The position numbers were made by a program, and so were the translations under genes. Below are positions 49,867 to 60,010 of a stretch of DNA of 64,000 nucleotides, in pieces (position 1 is the stretch's first letter; each line of letters starts with the position of its first letter). This stretch comes from an uncultured Thermoleophilia bacterium (GTDB lineage Bacteria; Actinomycetota; Thermoleophilia; UBA2241), in assembly GCA_963715985.1 (NCBI GenBank), contig CAVQSP010000014.1, positions 544,001 through 608,000 on the forward strand, read 5' to 3'. A model generated the notes under the pieces. It worked only from the letters and a program-made list of their open reading frames with translations. It made no database searches and was not told the DNA's origin.

Positions 49867-50655
49867 GTGAGCGACGCCTTCGATCTGATCTGGCGTGAGC
49901 GTGACGGCTTGAGATGGCTGGCGTGGGAGGGCGGCGGAGTCACCGCCGCGTTCCCGACACGGGAGGGCGGCGTCTCACCGGAGCCCTACGACTCGCTCAA
50001 CCTCAGCCTCTCCGTCGCCGACAAGCCGGCGAACGTGCTCGAGAACCGGCGGCGCTACTCAGCGGCGCTCGGGCTGGATACGGGGCAGCTGGTGATCCCC
50101 GGCCAGGTCCACGGCACGACCCTCGCCTGGGTGGACGGGGCGGACGCCGGTCGCGGGGCCGTGTCACGCGAGACTGTGATCCACGACCACGACGGGCTGC
50201 TCACGGCAACCGCCGGTCTCGGCCTCGTGGTGAGCTACGCCGACTGCGTGCCGGTGGTGATCGTGGCGAGCGGCCCGCAGGGCCCCGCGCTCGCCACCGT
50301 CCACGCCGGCTGGCGCGGCATGATCGCCGGTATCGTCGGCAAGGCGGCCACGGAGCTGGCGGAGCGTGGCCGCCTCGTCGGCGCCGTGGTCGGCCCCAGC
50401 ATCGGGCCCTGCTGCTTCGCCGTCGACGACGCGCTCCGCGCCCGCTTCCAGTCGCGCTTCCCGGGCTCCGCCGGCGACGGGACCGTGGACCTGTGGACGT
50501 GCGCTCGCGAGGAGCTCGAGGCGGCCGGCGTGCCGCCCGCCGCCGTCACGGTGAGCGGGCTCTGCACGTCCTGCGACCGGCGCTTCTTCTCCCATCGCCG
50601 CGACCGCGGGTTGACAGGACGTCATCTGGCGATAGCTTGGCGGCACAGGCGGTGA
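49867..50655 (+). CDS. pgeF: Peptidoglycan editing factor / purine nucleoside phosphorylase YfiH-type
   Basis: TREGGVS, QVHG, ADCVP, HAGWRG, GPSIGPCC, CT...FFSHRR. Confidence 0.92.
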   Translation: MSDAFDLIWRERDGLRWLAWEGGGVTAAFPTREGGVSPEPYDSLNLSLSVADKPANVLENRRRYSAALGLDTGQLVIPGQVHGTTLAWVDGADAGRGAVSRETVIHDHDGLLTATAGLGLVVSYADCVPVVIVASGPQGPALATVHAGWRGMIAGIVGKAATELAERGRLVGAVVGPSIGPCCFAVDDALRARFQSRFPGSAGDGTVDLWTCAREELEAAGVPPAAVTVSGLCTSCDRRFFSHRRDRGLTGRHLAIAWRHRR

Positions 50656-50692
50656 GCGCCCGTGCGGCCGGGGCACGGGGAGGAGGAGAGGC

Positions 50693-51384
50693 GTGGTACG
50701 TCAGTTCGTCCCTCAGGTAGATGTGGTACGCGAGCGTCTCGCGGAGGTGCGCGGCAGGGTCGCCGCGGCCGCCAGGCGGCCGGTCGCGACCCGGCCGAGG
50801 TCCGCGTGCTCGTGGCCACCAAGTACGTGGCGGCCGAGCACCTGGGCGTGCTCCGGGAGGCCGGCGTCGACCTGATCGGTGAGAACCGCGCCCAGGACCT
50901 CGCGGCCAAGCACGAGCTCTACCCGGACGCCTTCGAGTACCACTTCATCGGCCACCTGCAGAGCCGCAAGACGAAGCTCGTCCTGCCGCTCGTCAGCCTC
51001 ATCCACTCGGTGAGCAGCTTGAGCGTCGTGCAGGAGATAGAGGCGCGCGCCGCGAACGCAACAGACGTGCTGCTCGAGGTCAACATCGCCGGCGAAGATT
51101 CGAAGAGCGGCCTTGCCCCGGGGGACGTGGACACGTTCCTGGACGAGGCCGCGGGCTTCCCCAAGGTCCGCTTCTGCGGACTGATGTGCATGCCGCCGCT
51201 GACCGCCGCCGCCGAAGACGCGCGTCCGCACTTCGCGCGCACGAGGGAACTGGCGCAACGGCTTTCGACATCGTGGCAGGGCACATATACTTTCCGGCAG
51301 CTTTCTATGGGCACAAGTGCCGACTACGAAGTGGCTGCGCAAGAGGGCGCGACCATCGTGCGGGTCGGCAGCGTGCTCTTCTGA
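50693..51384 (+). CDS. yggS: PLP homeostasis protein; frameshift near 50775
   Basis: VATKY, GENRAQ, HFIGHLQ, GLM, LSMGTS.D..VA..EGAT.VRVG. Confidence 0.9.
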
Positions 51385-51402
51385 TCCGGTAGGGAGGAAT
51401 CC

Positions 51403-51942
51403 ATGGGCCTGGGCGATACGTGGCACAAGGTAGCGGTGTACTTCGGTATCGCCGACGACGAGGACGACTACGACGAGGACGAGACACTCGCGCCGCAGGA
51501 GGAGCTCGAGCGCTCCTATCAGGAGCGCCCCAACGTGCGCAAACTGGACACCGGTCGCGGGCGCAATGACTACGACGATATCTTCGCCGACGAGCCGCGC
51601 CGCCGTACGAGCGCGCCTTCGTCGTCGCAGGTGGTGCGCGCCATCGAACCGGCCCGGCCGGCACGCGTCGAAGTCCACCTGGTCATCCCCAAGAACTTCA
51701 ACGACGCCCAGCAGATCGCCGACAAGTTCAAGGTCGACGTCCCCGTCATCATCAATCTGCAGGGCTCGGAGACGGACCTCGCCAAGCGCCTCATCGACTT
51801 CTGCAGCGGCCTCACCTACGCCCTCGACGGGGGCATGCAGCGCGTGGGCGACAAGATCTTCCTGCTCACCCCGCGCAACGTCGAAGTCTCGGCCGAAGAG
51901 CGCGCGCGCCTCATCGAGAAAGGCTTCTTCAATCAGTTCTGA
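51403..51942 (+). CDS. sepF: Cell division protein SepF
   Basis: YFG amphipathic N-terminus; PKNFNDAQ.IAD, AKRLIDFCSG. Confidence 0.95.
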   Translation: MGLGDTWHKVAVYFGIADDEDDYDEDETLAPQEELERSYQERPNVRKLDTGRGRNDYDDIFADEPRRRTSAPSSSQVVRAIEPARPARVEVHLVIPKNFNDAQQIADKFKVDVPVIINLQGSETDLAKRLIDFCSGLTYALDGGMQRVGDKIFLLTPRNVEVSAEERARLIEKGFFNQF

Positions 51943-51957
51943 CCGGGCGCGTCTGGG

Positions 51958-52743
51958 ATGATCGCCGGCTTCATCGGCGCCGGGCACATCGCCCACGCTC
52001 TCGCGGAGGGCTGGAGCCGGCCCGGCCTCACGGGTGCACCGCAGCTTCTGTTCTACGACGTGGACGCCGCGCGCGCGGCCGAGCTCGCCGCCGCCAGCGG
52101 CGGCGCTGCGGCCGCCGACCTCGGCGGCCTGGTCGCCGCCGCCGGCCTCGTGCTCGTCGCCGTACGGCCGCAGCACGTCGCAGCCGTGCTCGCCGACGTC
52201 GCGCCGATCCTCGGTGAGAAGCCGCTCATCTCCGTGGCGGCCGGTGTCACGCTCGAGCGCCTGCGCGCCGGGCTTGCGCCCGGCGCCCGCGTGGCGCGCG
52301 TGATGCCCAACATCGCCGCCGCGCTGGGGCTGGGCACGTTCCTGCTCGTGCCGGGTAGCCTGGGGCCGCACGTCGCCGAGGCGGAGCGGCTCTTCGGTCT
52401 GGCGGGCGAGGTCGTGGAGGTGGACGAGGGCCTGTTCGACGCCGCCACGGCCGTCGCCGGCTGCATGCCGGGCATGCTCGCCCGCCTCGTGGACGCGTTC
52501 GCCGACGCCGGTCGCGAGCACGGCATCGCCGAGGACGTGGCCCTGCGCCTGGCCGTGTCCGGCGTGCACGGCGCGGCGGCCATCATCGCCCGCGCCGGCG
52601 ATCCCGCCGCGGTCGTCACCGCGACGGCGACGCCGGGGGGCATGACGGCCGCAGCCGTCGACGCTCTCGACGAGCGCGAGCTCCACCTCGTGGTGCGCGC
52701 CGCGGTGGCCGCGGCCACGGCGCGCGCCAAGGAACTCGCCTGA
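51958..52743 (+). CDS. proC: Pyrroline-5-carboxylate reductase
   Basis: GFIGAG, SVAAG, RVMPN, TPGG.T; usual position after sepF. Confidence 0.88.
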   Translation: MIAGFIGAGHIAHALAEGWSRPGLTGAPQLLFYDVDAARAAELAAASGGAAAADLGGLVAAAGLVLVAVRPQHVAAVLADVAPILGEKPLISVAAGVTLERLRAGLAPGARVARVMPNIAAALGLGTFLLVPGSLGPHVAEAERLFGLAGEVVEVDEGLFDAATAVAGCMPGMLARLVDAFADAGREHGIAEDVALRLAVSGVHGAAAIIARAGDPAAVVTATATPGGMTAAAVDALDERELHLVVRAAVAAATARAKELA

Positions 52744-52824
52744 CGACGGCGCACTAGAAGCGAGAAGGTAAACAGGGCACACGACGACCCGCGAGCGGCA
52801 GCGCGCGGCCGAGGGGGGTTCCGC

Positions 52825-53679
52825 ATGAAGCTCACACCGCTGGACATCCGCCACAAGGAGTTCAAGCGCGCCATGCGCGGCTACGCCGACGTCGAGGTGG
52901 ACGAGTTCCTGGACGAGGTGGCCGACGAGTTCGAGCGCGTCTTCAAGGAGAACATCGACCTGCGGGAGCGTGTGGAGGGCCTCGAAGAGCAGGTCGCCAA
53001 CTACCGGCGCATGGAGGAGGCTCTCCAGAAGACCCTGATCTCCGCGCAGGCCAGCGCCGACGAGCTCAAGCAGAGCAGCGCCAAGGAGGCCCAGCTCATC
53101 GTGCACGAAGGAGAGTTGCAGGCTCGCCAGCTCGTCAACGAAGCGTACACGGAACGGCAGGGCGTGGAGCAGGCCACGGCGAGACTGCGCAGCGCAGAGC
53201 AGGACTTCCGCTTCAAGTTCAAGCAGCTGCTCCAGGGCTATCTCAATCACATCGAGCACGACTCCGAGCGCATCGTGCCGGAGGCGGCCGAGGAGCCGGA
53301 CAAGGCCGATTTCGCTCGCCAGGCGGAAGCCGTCAAGCAGGCTATCGAGCGTGAGGGTGCGCCGGCGACGCCGGAGGACGCTGAACTTGCGGCGGAGCCG
53401 GCGGCCGCCGAACCCCCGGTGGATGATCTTGCGGCCGAGGCTGCCCTCGCGCCGGATGCGAAGGCGCCGGACACCGAGGAGCGGGAGCCCCTCCTGCCCA
53501 GCCCTGACGAGGTGACGGCCGGGCACATCGCCGAGTATGTGCCTCCGGCCGACCCGCCGGCGGCGCCGGGCCCGGGCGCCAGCGCCCAGGCCGAGCGGGA
53601 GCGCACCCCGTTCGGGGAGGATGACGACCTGCTCGCCGACGTCGACAGCGGGGTGAACGAGAACGAGTTCAAGTGGTGA
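52825..53679 (+). CDS. divIVA: DivIVA domain protein with acidic disordered tail
   Basis: LTPLDIRHKEFKRAMRGY...EVDEFLD followed by coiled coil. Confidence 0.92.
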   Translation: MKLTPLDIRHKEFKRAMRGYADVEVDEFLDEVADEFERVFKENIDLRERVEGLEEQVANYRRMEEALQKTLISAQASADELKQSSAKEAQLIVHEGELQARQLVNEAYTERQGVEQATARLRSAEQDFRFKFKQLLQGYLNHIEHDSERIVPEAAEEPDKADFARQAEAVKQAIEREGAPATPEDAELAAEPAAAEPPVDDLAAEAALAPDAKAPDTEEREPLLPSPDEVTAGHIAEYVPPADPPAAPGPGASAQAERERTPFGEDDDLLADVDSGVNENEFKW

Positions 53680-53968
53680 AGACGGGCCGCTGAGGGGCTC
53701 GGCCGCCGGCGTCGACATCGCCGTGTGGGCCTCGCCCGGGGCCAGGCGCAGCGAGCTGGCGGGCGTCGCCGAGGGCCGCCTGCGCCTGCGCCTGGCGGCC
53801 CCCGCGCACGAGGGCAGGGCGAATGCCGAGCTCGTGCGCTTCCTCGCGGGGCTGCTGGACGTGCCCAAGAGCGCCGTCACCGTGGCGGCGGGCGCGAGCA
53901 GCCGCCGCAAGCTGGTCCGCGTGGGCGGGCTTACAGTGGACGAAGCGAGGCGGAGACTCCGCCTCTGA
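53676..53968 (+). CDS. yggU: DUF167/YggU family protein (start uncertain)
   Basis: PGARRS, LAAPA.EGRAN.EL..FLA, G.SSR.K. Confidence 0.85.
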
Positions 53969-53983
53969 CAGAGGGAGATCCTC

Positions 53984-54148
53984 ATGGCAAGACTCGCGTA
54001 CTGCAAGAAGTGCAGGGCGACGTACCCGCTCAACATCGTCTCCGGCGACGGCGGACGTTCGGGCAAGACCAGGGAGCCGGCGTGCCCGATGGGGCACACC
54101 GACATCGAGGAGCTGGACGCCCCGCGCAAGCCACGTGGCAAGAAGTAG
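53984..54148 (+). CDS. 54-aa putative zinc-ribbon protein (below the ORF-track cutoff)
   Basis: MARLAYCKKCRATYPLNIVSGDGGRSGKTREPACPMGHTDIEELDAPRKPRGKK*; GGGAG RBS; GC3-biased codons. Confidence 0.7.
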   Translation: MARLAYCKKCRATYPLNIVSGDGGRSGKTREPACPMGHTDIEELDAPRKPRGKK

Positions 54149-54584
54149 TAGCAGGCTCGGCGCGGCTCTGGCGGTCGCGGCGGGCGTGCTCGTCGCCGAC
54201 CAGATCGTCAAGTGGGTCGTGCGCGCAAACGCCGACCGTCTGCCGTACCGCATCCTCTCGTGGGTGCGAGTCGAGCTCGCCTACAACTCCGGGATCTCGT
54301 TCAGCCGCTTCGCCGGCGCCGGGTGGCTCGTCATCGCGCTCGTGGGCGCCGTTGCGGCCGGAGTCACGGTGGCGCTCTTCCTGGCGGCGCCGCGCTACCG
54401 CATCGCCCTGGGCGTGATCCTGGGAGGAGCGGTAGGCAACCTCGTCGACCGCTTCCGCTTCAGCGGCGCCGTGGCCGACTACCTGGCCGTGTGGAAGTGG
54501 CCGCCGTTCAACGTGGCCGACGCGGCCATCCTGATCGGCACCGTGCTGCTGGTCATCCAGGTGCTGCGTGCCACCCGGGAGTAG
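54135..54584 (+). CDS. lspA: Lipoprotein signal peptidase
   Basis: DQ..K, NSG.SFS, GGAVGNLVDR, V.D, FNVAD. Confidence 0.93.
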   Translation: MARSSSRLGAALAVAAGVLVADQIVKWVVRANADRLPYRILSWVRVELAYNSGISFSRFAGAGWLVIALVGAVAAGVTVALFLAAPRYRIALGVILGGAVGNLVDRFRFSGAVADYLAVWKWPPFNVADAAILIGTVLLVIQVLRATRE

Positions 54585-55500
54585 AGAGCGCTCCGGCCGG
54601 TTCAGTGTGCGCGCCGAAGAGGCCGGCACGCGCCTGGACGTCGTCCTGGCGGCGCGCGTCGGCCTCTCGCGTTCCGCCGCTCAGAAGCTCATCGATGAAG
54701 GGCGTGTCGCACTCGGCGGCGGCGCCGTGCGCAAGCGCCACGAGGTGAGCGCCGGCGACGAGGTGACGTGGGAGCTCGGCCCGGAGCCCGTCCCCCTGGA
54801 GCCCGAGGCCGTTCCCTACGCCCTGGTCTACGAGGACGACTGGCTGCTCGTCGTGGACAAGCCGGCGGGTGTGGTGGTGCACCCGGCGCCGGGCCACGAG
54901 CACGGCACTCTGGCCCAAGGCCTGGTGGAGCGGGGGGCGCACGGCGGCCATGAGAAGCGTCCGGGCATCGTGCACCGCCTCGACAAGGACACGTCGGGGC
55001 TCCTCATCGTGGCAAAGCGCGAGGATGCCTACACCGCCCTGGTCGCGGCTATGGAGCGGCGAGACATCGCCCGCGTGTACGTCACGCTGCTCCGCGGCGA
55101 GCTTCCCCAAGACGAGGGTGTGATCGATGCGCCCATCGGCCGCCACGTCCGCGACCGCACGCGCATGTCTCTGCACACCACGGCCGGCAAGCGCGCCGTG
55201 ACGCACTTCCGCGTGCTGGCGCGGGTGCCCGGGTTCTCGCTGGTCCGCGTGCAGCTGGAGACCGGCCGTACGCACCAGATCCGCGTGCACTTCGCGGCGC
55301 TCGGCTACCCCGTGGCCGGCGACGTCCAGTACGGGCGGCGGGAGCGCCCGGAGGGGCTCGACCGCCAGTTCCTGCACGCCGCCCGTCTCGCCTTTCCACA
55401 TCCGGAGGACGGGCGGCAGCTGAGCTTCGTCAGCCCGCTGCCGCCCGAGCTCGCGGCGTTTCTCGAGAGCCTGGGGCTGCCCCTCAGCCCACTCGCCTGA
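54568..55500 (+). CDS. rluD: RluA-family pseudouridine synthase with S4 domain
   Basis: RLD S4 domain, KPAG.VVHP, HRLDKDTSG, TGRTHQIRVH, QFLHA. Confidence 0.93.
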   Translation: MPPGSRERSGRFSVRAEEAGTRLDVVLAARVGLSRSAAQKLIDEGRVALGGGAVRKRHEVSAGDEVTWELGPEPVPLEPEAVPYALVYEDDWLLVVDKPAGVVVHPAPGHEHGTLAQGLVERGAHGGHEKRPGIVHRLDKDTSGLLIVAKREDAYTALVAAMERRDIARVYVTLLRGELPQDEGVIDAPIGRHVRDRTRMSLHTTAGKRAVTHFRVLARVPGFSLVRVQLETGRTHQIRVHFAALGYPVAGDVQYGRRERPEGLDRQFLHAARLAFPHPEDGRQLSFVSPLPPELAAFLESLGLPLSPLA

Positions 55501-55583
55501 GTGCGACGGGGCCCCCAACGGCCTCGCCGCTGCCCCGCGCAGCGGGGGCGCCGGCCGGCGGTCGCGCCGCTCTGGCCGGCTTC

Positions 55584-55613
55584 TTGACACGTTCCCAGAC
55601 GTCCGCATACCGT
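55584..55613 (+). promoter_or_regulatory. Putative promoter of the acyl-CoA synthetase operon
   Basis: TTGACA-N18-TACCGT; GTATAC just downstream. Confidence 0.4.
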
Positions 55614-55703
55614 TCACATCCCAAGCGTATACATCGGCGTCTGCTGAAGGTCCTACCCGCTGCTGGAACTCCTGCGCGTGGAGAGAGGAGTGCCCCGGAT
55701 CCA

Positions 55704-57077
55704 ATGAAGAGCGACGCTACTCTTGAGCGCATGCTCGGCGCGCGGCGCGTCGCGGTGGTCGGGGCCTCTACCGACTCCACGAAGTTCGGCCACTTCCTCT
55801 TGCGGTCGCTCATCAGCGGTGGGTTCAGCGGCGAGATCTTCCCTGTGAATCCGCGAGCAGACGAGATCTGCGGCCTGAGGTGCTATGCGAGCCTCGCGGA
55901 CATCCCTGGAACGCTGGACCTTGTCGTCGTCATCGTCCCCTCGCACGCGGTGCTCGGCCTCGTCGAACAGGCGGCGGACAAAGGCGCGGCCGGCCTGTTC
56001 GTGATCAGTGGCGGCTTCAAGGAGTCCGGGCGGCCGGACCTGGAACGCGCCCTCGTCGACGCGGCTCGGGCGCGAGGCCTGCGCTTCTTCGGGCCCAACA
56101 CCCAGGGCATCGCCTATGCTGCCAACCGGCTCTCGGCCGTCTTCTGGCCGGTGCTCACCACGCCGGGACCGGTGGCCGTGGTCGGCCAGAGCGGCACGGT
56201 CGTCGCCGCGATCACCGACTGGGCTCAAGACGAGGGCCTGGGGGTGAGCGCTTCGGTGAGTCTGGGCAACCAGGCCGACGTCTGCGAGTCCGACGTGCTC
56301 CGCTTCCTCGACGACGACCCGGGCACGCGGTCCGTCGCCCTCTACCTCGAGGGCGTCGGTGACGGGCCGCGTTTCGTCGCGGCACTTCAGGACGTCGCCA
56401 CACGCTTGCCGATCGTGGTGCTGAAGTGCGGACGCTCACCGCGCGGTCGTGAGGCCGTGGCGTCTCACACCGGCTCACTGGCCGGTTCCGACGAGGTCTT
56501 CTCGGGGCTGTGCCGCCAGTTCGGCGTGGTTCGCGCCGCCGACACGGAGGCTTTGTACGACGACGCCAAGATCCTCGCGACCATGCCGCTGCCGGCCGGC
56601 AACCGGGTCCTGATGATGTCGTCTTCCGGCGGGAGCTGCGCGCTGGCTGCCGACGAGGCCGACGTCCGCGGCCTGGAGCTGCCGGCGCCGACGGCCGCCT
56701 TCGTCGCGGCCCTCAGGGACCTGGAGCTCCCCGAGTGGGGGTCCTTCGCCAACCCGCTCGATCTCGGCGGCGTGTCCCTCGAGGGCTTTCGCGCAGCGGT
56801 CGAGCTGGCCGACGCCAGCGGGCTCTACGACGTGATCCTGCTCGTGTTCGGCGACCCTATCCCCGGTGCCGACGAGCTCGCGCTGGAGCTTGCGGGCACG
56901 ACGAAGGCGAGGATCTGCGCGGCCATCTTCGGCGGCGCGGCCGTCGAGAGCGAGCAGCGCTGGACCATGCAGCGTGGCGGCGTGCCGGTGTTCCCCTCTC
57001 CGGAGCGGGCGATCAGAGCCATCGGCGCGAGCTGCTGGTATGCCGCACGCCGGCGCGAGCTGGAGGCCCGGTCGTGA
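55704..57077 (+). CDS. Acyl-CoA synthetase (NDP-forming), alpha subunit
   Basis: VAVVGAS, PVNP, SGGF.E, GPNTQG, QSG, SLGNQADV, phospho-His SHTGSLAG, NPLD. Confidence 0.9.
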   Translation: MKSDATLERMLGARRVAVVGASTDSTKFGHFLLRSLISGGFSGEIFPVNPRADEICGLRCYASLADIPGTLDLVVVIVPSHAVLGLVEQAADKGAAGLFVISGGFKESGRPDLERALVDAARARGLRFFGPNTQGIAYAANRLSAVFWPVLTTPGPVAVVGQSGTVVAAITDWAQDEGLGVSASVSLGNQADVCESDVLRFLDDDPGTRSVALYLEGVGDGPRFVAALQDVATRLPIVVLKCGRSPRGREAVASHTGSLAGSDEVFSGLCRQFGVVRAADTEALYDDAKILATMPLPAGNRVLMMSSSGGSCALAADEADVRGLELPAPTAAFVAALRDLELPEWGSFANPLDLGGVSLEGFRAAVELADASGLYDVILLVFGDPIPGADELALELAGTTKARICAAIFGGAAVESEQRWTMQRGGVPVFPSPERAIRAIGASCWYAARRRELEARS

Positions 57078-57821
57078 GTGTGGAACGCCCCCGGGGCTCG
57101 CACCTTCTCTCCGAACCGGAGGCGGCCGTCCTCCTCGGCGACTACGGCATCACGTACGTCAGCCCACGAGGTGGCGACCTCGGCGGAGGCAGCCGGTCGG
57201 GCGGCCGCGCGCGTCGGCTTCCCCGTCGTGCTCAAGATCCTGTCTCCGGACGTCGTCCACAAGAGCGACGTGGGGGGCGTGGTGATCGGACTGGCGAACG
57301 CGGAGGCTGTCCACGTCGCCTTCGACGCCCTCATGGCGGCCGTGCGGGCCAGCCTTCCTGAAGCCGACCTGCTGGGCGCGCTGGTGTGCCGCCAGGAGCG
57401 CGGCGGTGCCGAGATGATCGTCGGTGCCCTACGCGATCCCACGTTCGGCCCGACGGTGATGCTCGGCGCCGGCGGGGTGCTCACGGAAGTCCTCGGCGAC
57501 GTGGTCTTCCGCCTCGCACCGCTTCATCAGGGCGACGCCTTGGACATGCTCCGTGAGCTGCGTGCCTTCACGATGCTCACGGGCTTCCGCGGTTCGCCGC
57601 CGGCCGATCTGGACGCCCTGGCCGCGACCGCCGTGAGGCTCGGCGACCTGATGTGCGACCGTCCCGACATCGCCGAGGTCGACCTGAACCCGGTGCTGGC
57701 GTCGGCGGCAGGGTGCATCGCCCTGGATGCCAGGATCGTCCTCGCCGGAGCGCGCCCCGTGGATGAGGGGCCAGAGCGAGAGTCCGATGGGCCGACAGCG
57801 AATGGAGACGGAACGAGATGA
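57074..57821 (+). CDS. Acyl-CoA synthetase (NDP-forming), beta/ATP-grasp subunit; frameshift near 57162
   Basis: LSEPEA..LL..YGI, GFPVVLK..S..VVHKSDVGGV, DPTFGP.VMLG.GG, EVDLNP. Confidence 0.88.
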
Positions 57822-58483
57822 CGGCTGCCAAATCACCGCGGATCGCCGAGCAGCGCGGTCGAACCAGCGATCGCGTGCTGATGGACCTGCGACGCATGAT
57901 CCTCACGCAGGAGCTGCCGCCCGGTTCGGTGGTCACGGAGGCGAGCCTCGTCGAGGTCCTGGACTGCTCGCGCACGCCGCTTCGTGAGGCGCTGCAACGC
58001 CTGAGCCACGATCATCTTGTGGTCGCAGTCCCCGGCCGTGGCGTCTCGATCTCCGACCTCGGCATCGTCCAGTTCGGCGTCGTGCTCGAGGCCGAGATCG
58101 CCGTGGAGAGCTCCCTCGTGCGACTGGCCGCTGAGCGCATCTCCGACGAGACCCTGGCGCATGTGGATGAGCTCCTGCAGCGGTCGCGGGCGGCCGCGGC
58201 GGTCGGCGACGTCCCCGAGGTCGTCGATTGCGACTACCTCTTCCACACCATGTGGGGGGCAGCGGCGGGCAATCACCTCCTGCTCGAGTTCCAGATGATG
58301 CTCTTGCGCTTGCTGGCGCGCTACGTGTACCTCGGGTTCAAACGCGCCGGCAATCCTGAGGGGGCGATCAGCGATCACACGCGGGTCTACGAGGCGCTGT
58401 GCCGTCGCGACGCCGACGCCGCCGAGGCGGCCATCCGCGCTCACATCGCCAACGGTCGCGAGCGCATGCGCAGCGCGCTTTGA
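57818..58483 (+). CDS. GntR-family (FCD) regulator
   Basis: LPPG..VTE, SRTPLREAL, D..FH...AGN, DH. Confidence 0.92.
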   Translation: MTAAKSPRIAEQRGRTSDRVLMDLRRMILTQELPPGSVVTEASLVEVLDCSRTPLREALQRLSHDHLVVAVPGRGVSISDLGIVQFGVVLEAEIAVESSLVRLAAERISDETLAHVDELLQRSRAAAAVGDVPEVVDCDYLFHTMWGAAAGNHLLLEFQMMLLRLLARYVYLGFKRAGNPEGAISDHTRVYEALCRRDADAAEAAIRAHIANGRERMRSAL

Positions 58484-58666
58484 TGACATGTGTGAGGGGC
58501 GTGGATACACCTTCGACAGCCCTCCCGGCACCTTGAACCTTTCTTCGGGGGAGCCTACTGTGCCGCACACATACCGCTCGCTGCACGCACGTGACTGCGG
58601 ACGGCGCGCGTTGGCTCGGCGAAGTCGCCGCCAGTTCCTGGCAGAGATCGGCAGACAGGGGGAGAG

Positions 58667-59893
58667 ATGAGAATCAACCGGTGGATGGTCTGGGCCGCGT
58701 GCATCGTTCTGGTGGCGGGTCTCAGCATGGCCTTGGCGAGTTGCGGATCCTCGGACACGAGCTCCGAGCCGACGGGCAGCAGCAGCGGCAGCACCGAGCC
58801 CATCGCCATCGGCGCCGCGATGGGGTTCACCAGCTTCATGGTGACGTGGGACGGTCCGGTGTTCGCGGCCGCGCAGCTCGCCGTCGAGGACACCAACGCG
58901 GCGGGCGGCGTCCTCGGCAGGCAGCTCGAGCTGGTCAAGGCGGACACCAAGTCTGACCCGGCGGTGGCGCCTCTCGCCGCGAGCCAGGTCCTGGACAGCG
59001 GAGCGCAGTCGCTCATCGTGTCGACTGACTTCGACGCCGGCAGTCCGGCCGCTCTCGTCGCCCAGAGCCAGGGCAAGATCTCCAGCTCCGGTGCGATCTC
59101 CCCGAAGTTCGGGGTGCAGGGAGTGGGCGACATGGCCTACTCCTTCAGCGACAGCTCTACCACCGAGGGTGCAGTCGGCGCGCAGTTCGCCTACAACAAG
59201 GGCTGGAAGAACGCGTACATCCTGACAGACGTCACGGTCGCCGCCGAGCGCGACTTCAGCAAGTACTTCACCGAGTCCTTCGTCAAGCTCGGCGGCAAGG
59301 TCATCGCCGAGGACTCCTTCAAGAACGACGACCAGTCGATCGCCGCCCAGATCACGCACTTCAAGTCCCTCTCGCCCCAGCCCGACATGATGGTGCTGGC
59401 GTCGTATGCCCCCGGAGGGCCCGCAGCGCTTCGACAGATCAGGGCCGCCGGGATCGACGTTCCCGTCGTCGGCGCCGACGACTGGGACGGTGTCTTCTGG
59501 CTCGACGCCGTGCCGGGCGTCAAGGACGTGTACGGGGTCGTTCCCGCGTCTCAGTTCGGCGACGATCCCAATCCGGCTGTCAATGAGTTCTTCGCCCGTC
59601 TGAGCAAGTCCCTGGGCAAGGACTTCGTCGACTCCTCTCTGGCCATCGGTGGATACTGCTGGATCCAGGTGTACGCGAATGCCGTCGAGAAGGCCGGAGG
59701 CGACGATCCGCAGGCGGTCAAGAAGGCCCTGGACGCCACGACGGACTTCCCGGCGCTGTCGGGCCCCTACACCTACACGCCCGAGGACCACATCCTCTAC
59801 GGTCGCCCCATGACGATCATCGGCTTCTGGGACGGCACCGGTCACTTCGTCGAGCGCGTGACGCCCACGTACGTGCCCGAGTACCAGTTCTGA
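58667..59893 (+). CDS. Liv-type ABC substrate-binding lipoprotein
   Basis: LASC lipobox, EPIAIG, NAAGGVLGRQLELV..DTKSD. Confidence 0.9.
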   Translation: MRINRWMVWAACIVLVAGLSMALASCGSSDTSSEPTGSSSGSTEPIAIGAAMGFTSFMVTWDGPVFAAAQLAVEDTNAAGGVLGRQLELVKADTKSDPAVAPLAASQVLDSGAQSLIVSTDFDAGSPAALVAQSQGKISSSGAISPKFGVQGVGDMAYSFSDSSTTEGAVGAQFAYNKGWKNAYILTDVTVAAERDFSKYFTESFVKLGGKVIAEDSFKNDDQSIAAQITHFKSLSPQPDMMVLASYAPGGPAALRQIRAAGIDVPVVGADDWDGVFWLDAVPGVKDVYGVVPASQFGDDPNPAVNEFFARLSKSLGKDFVDSSLAIGGYCWIQVYANAVEKAGGDDPQAVKKALDATTDFPALSGPYTYTPEDHILYGRPMTIIGFWDGTGHFVERVTPTYVPEYQF

Positions 59894-59901
59894 CGTGACA
59901 C

Positions 59902-59941
59902 TGTGCGGCCCGGCGCTGACCGCGCCGCGCCGGGCCGCACA
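59902..59941 (+). other. Intercistronic stem-loop after the SBP gene (mRNA stabiliser or partial terminator)
   Basis: tgtgcggcccggcgc-N10-gcgccgggccgcaca. Confidence 0.55.
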
Positions 59942-60010
59942 TCGCTCCCCGGCAGGCGAGAGGGAGATGTGGCGGCGCGGCTGCTGTGATGCCTTTGCAG
60001 GAAGGATGAG

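Noticed and set aside
49867-50655. 'Polyphenol oxidase' as part of the flavonoid system
   Set aside because: It is the housekeeping PgeF/YfiH in its usual position before yggS-sepF.
50713-54141. Very long antisense ORFs (1142 aa here; also 57833-60595, 45870-47969, 25253-27052)
   Set aside because: Shadow frames of high-GC3 genes, Arg/Ala/Gly-rich with no recognisable motifs.
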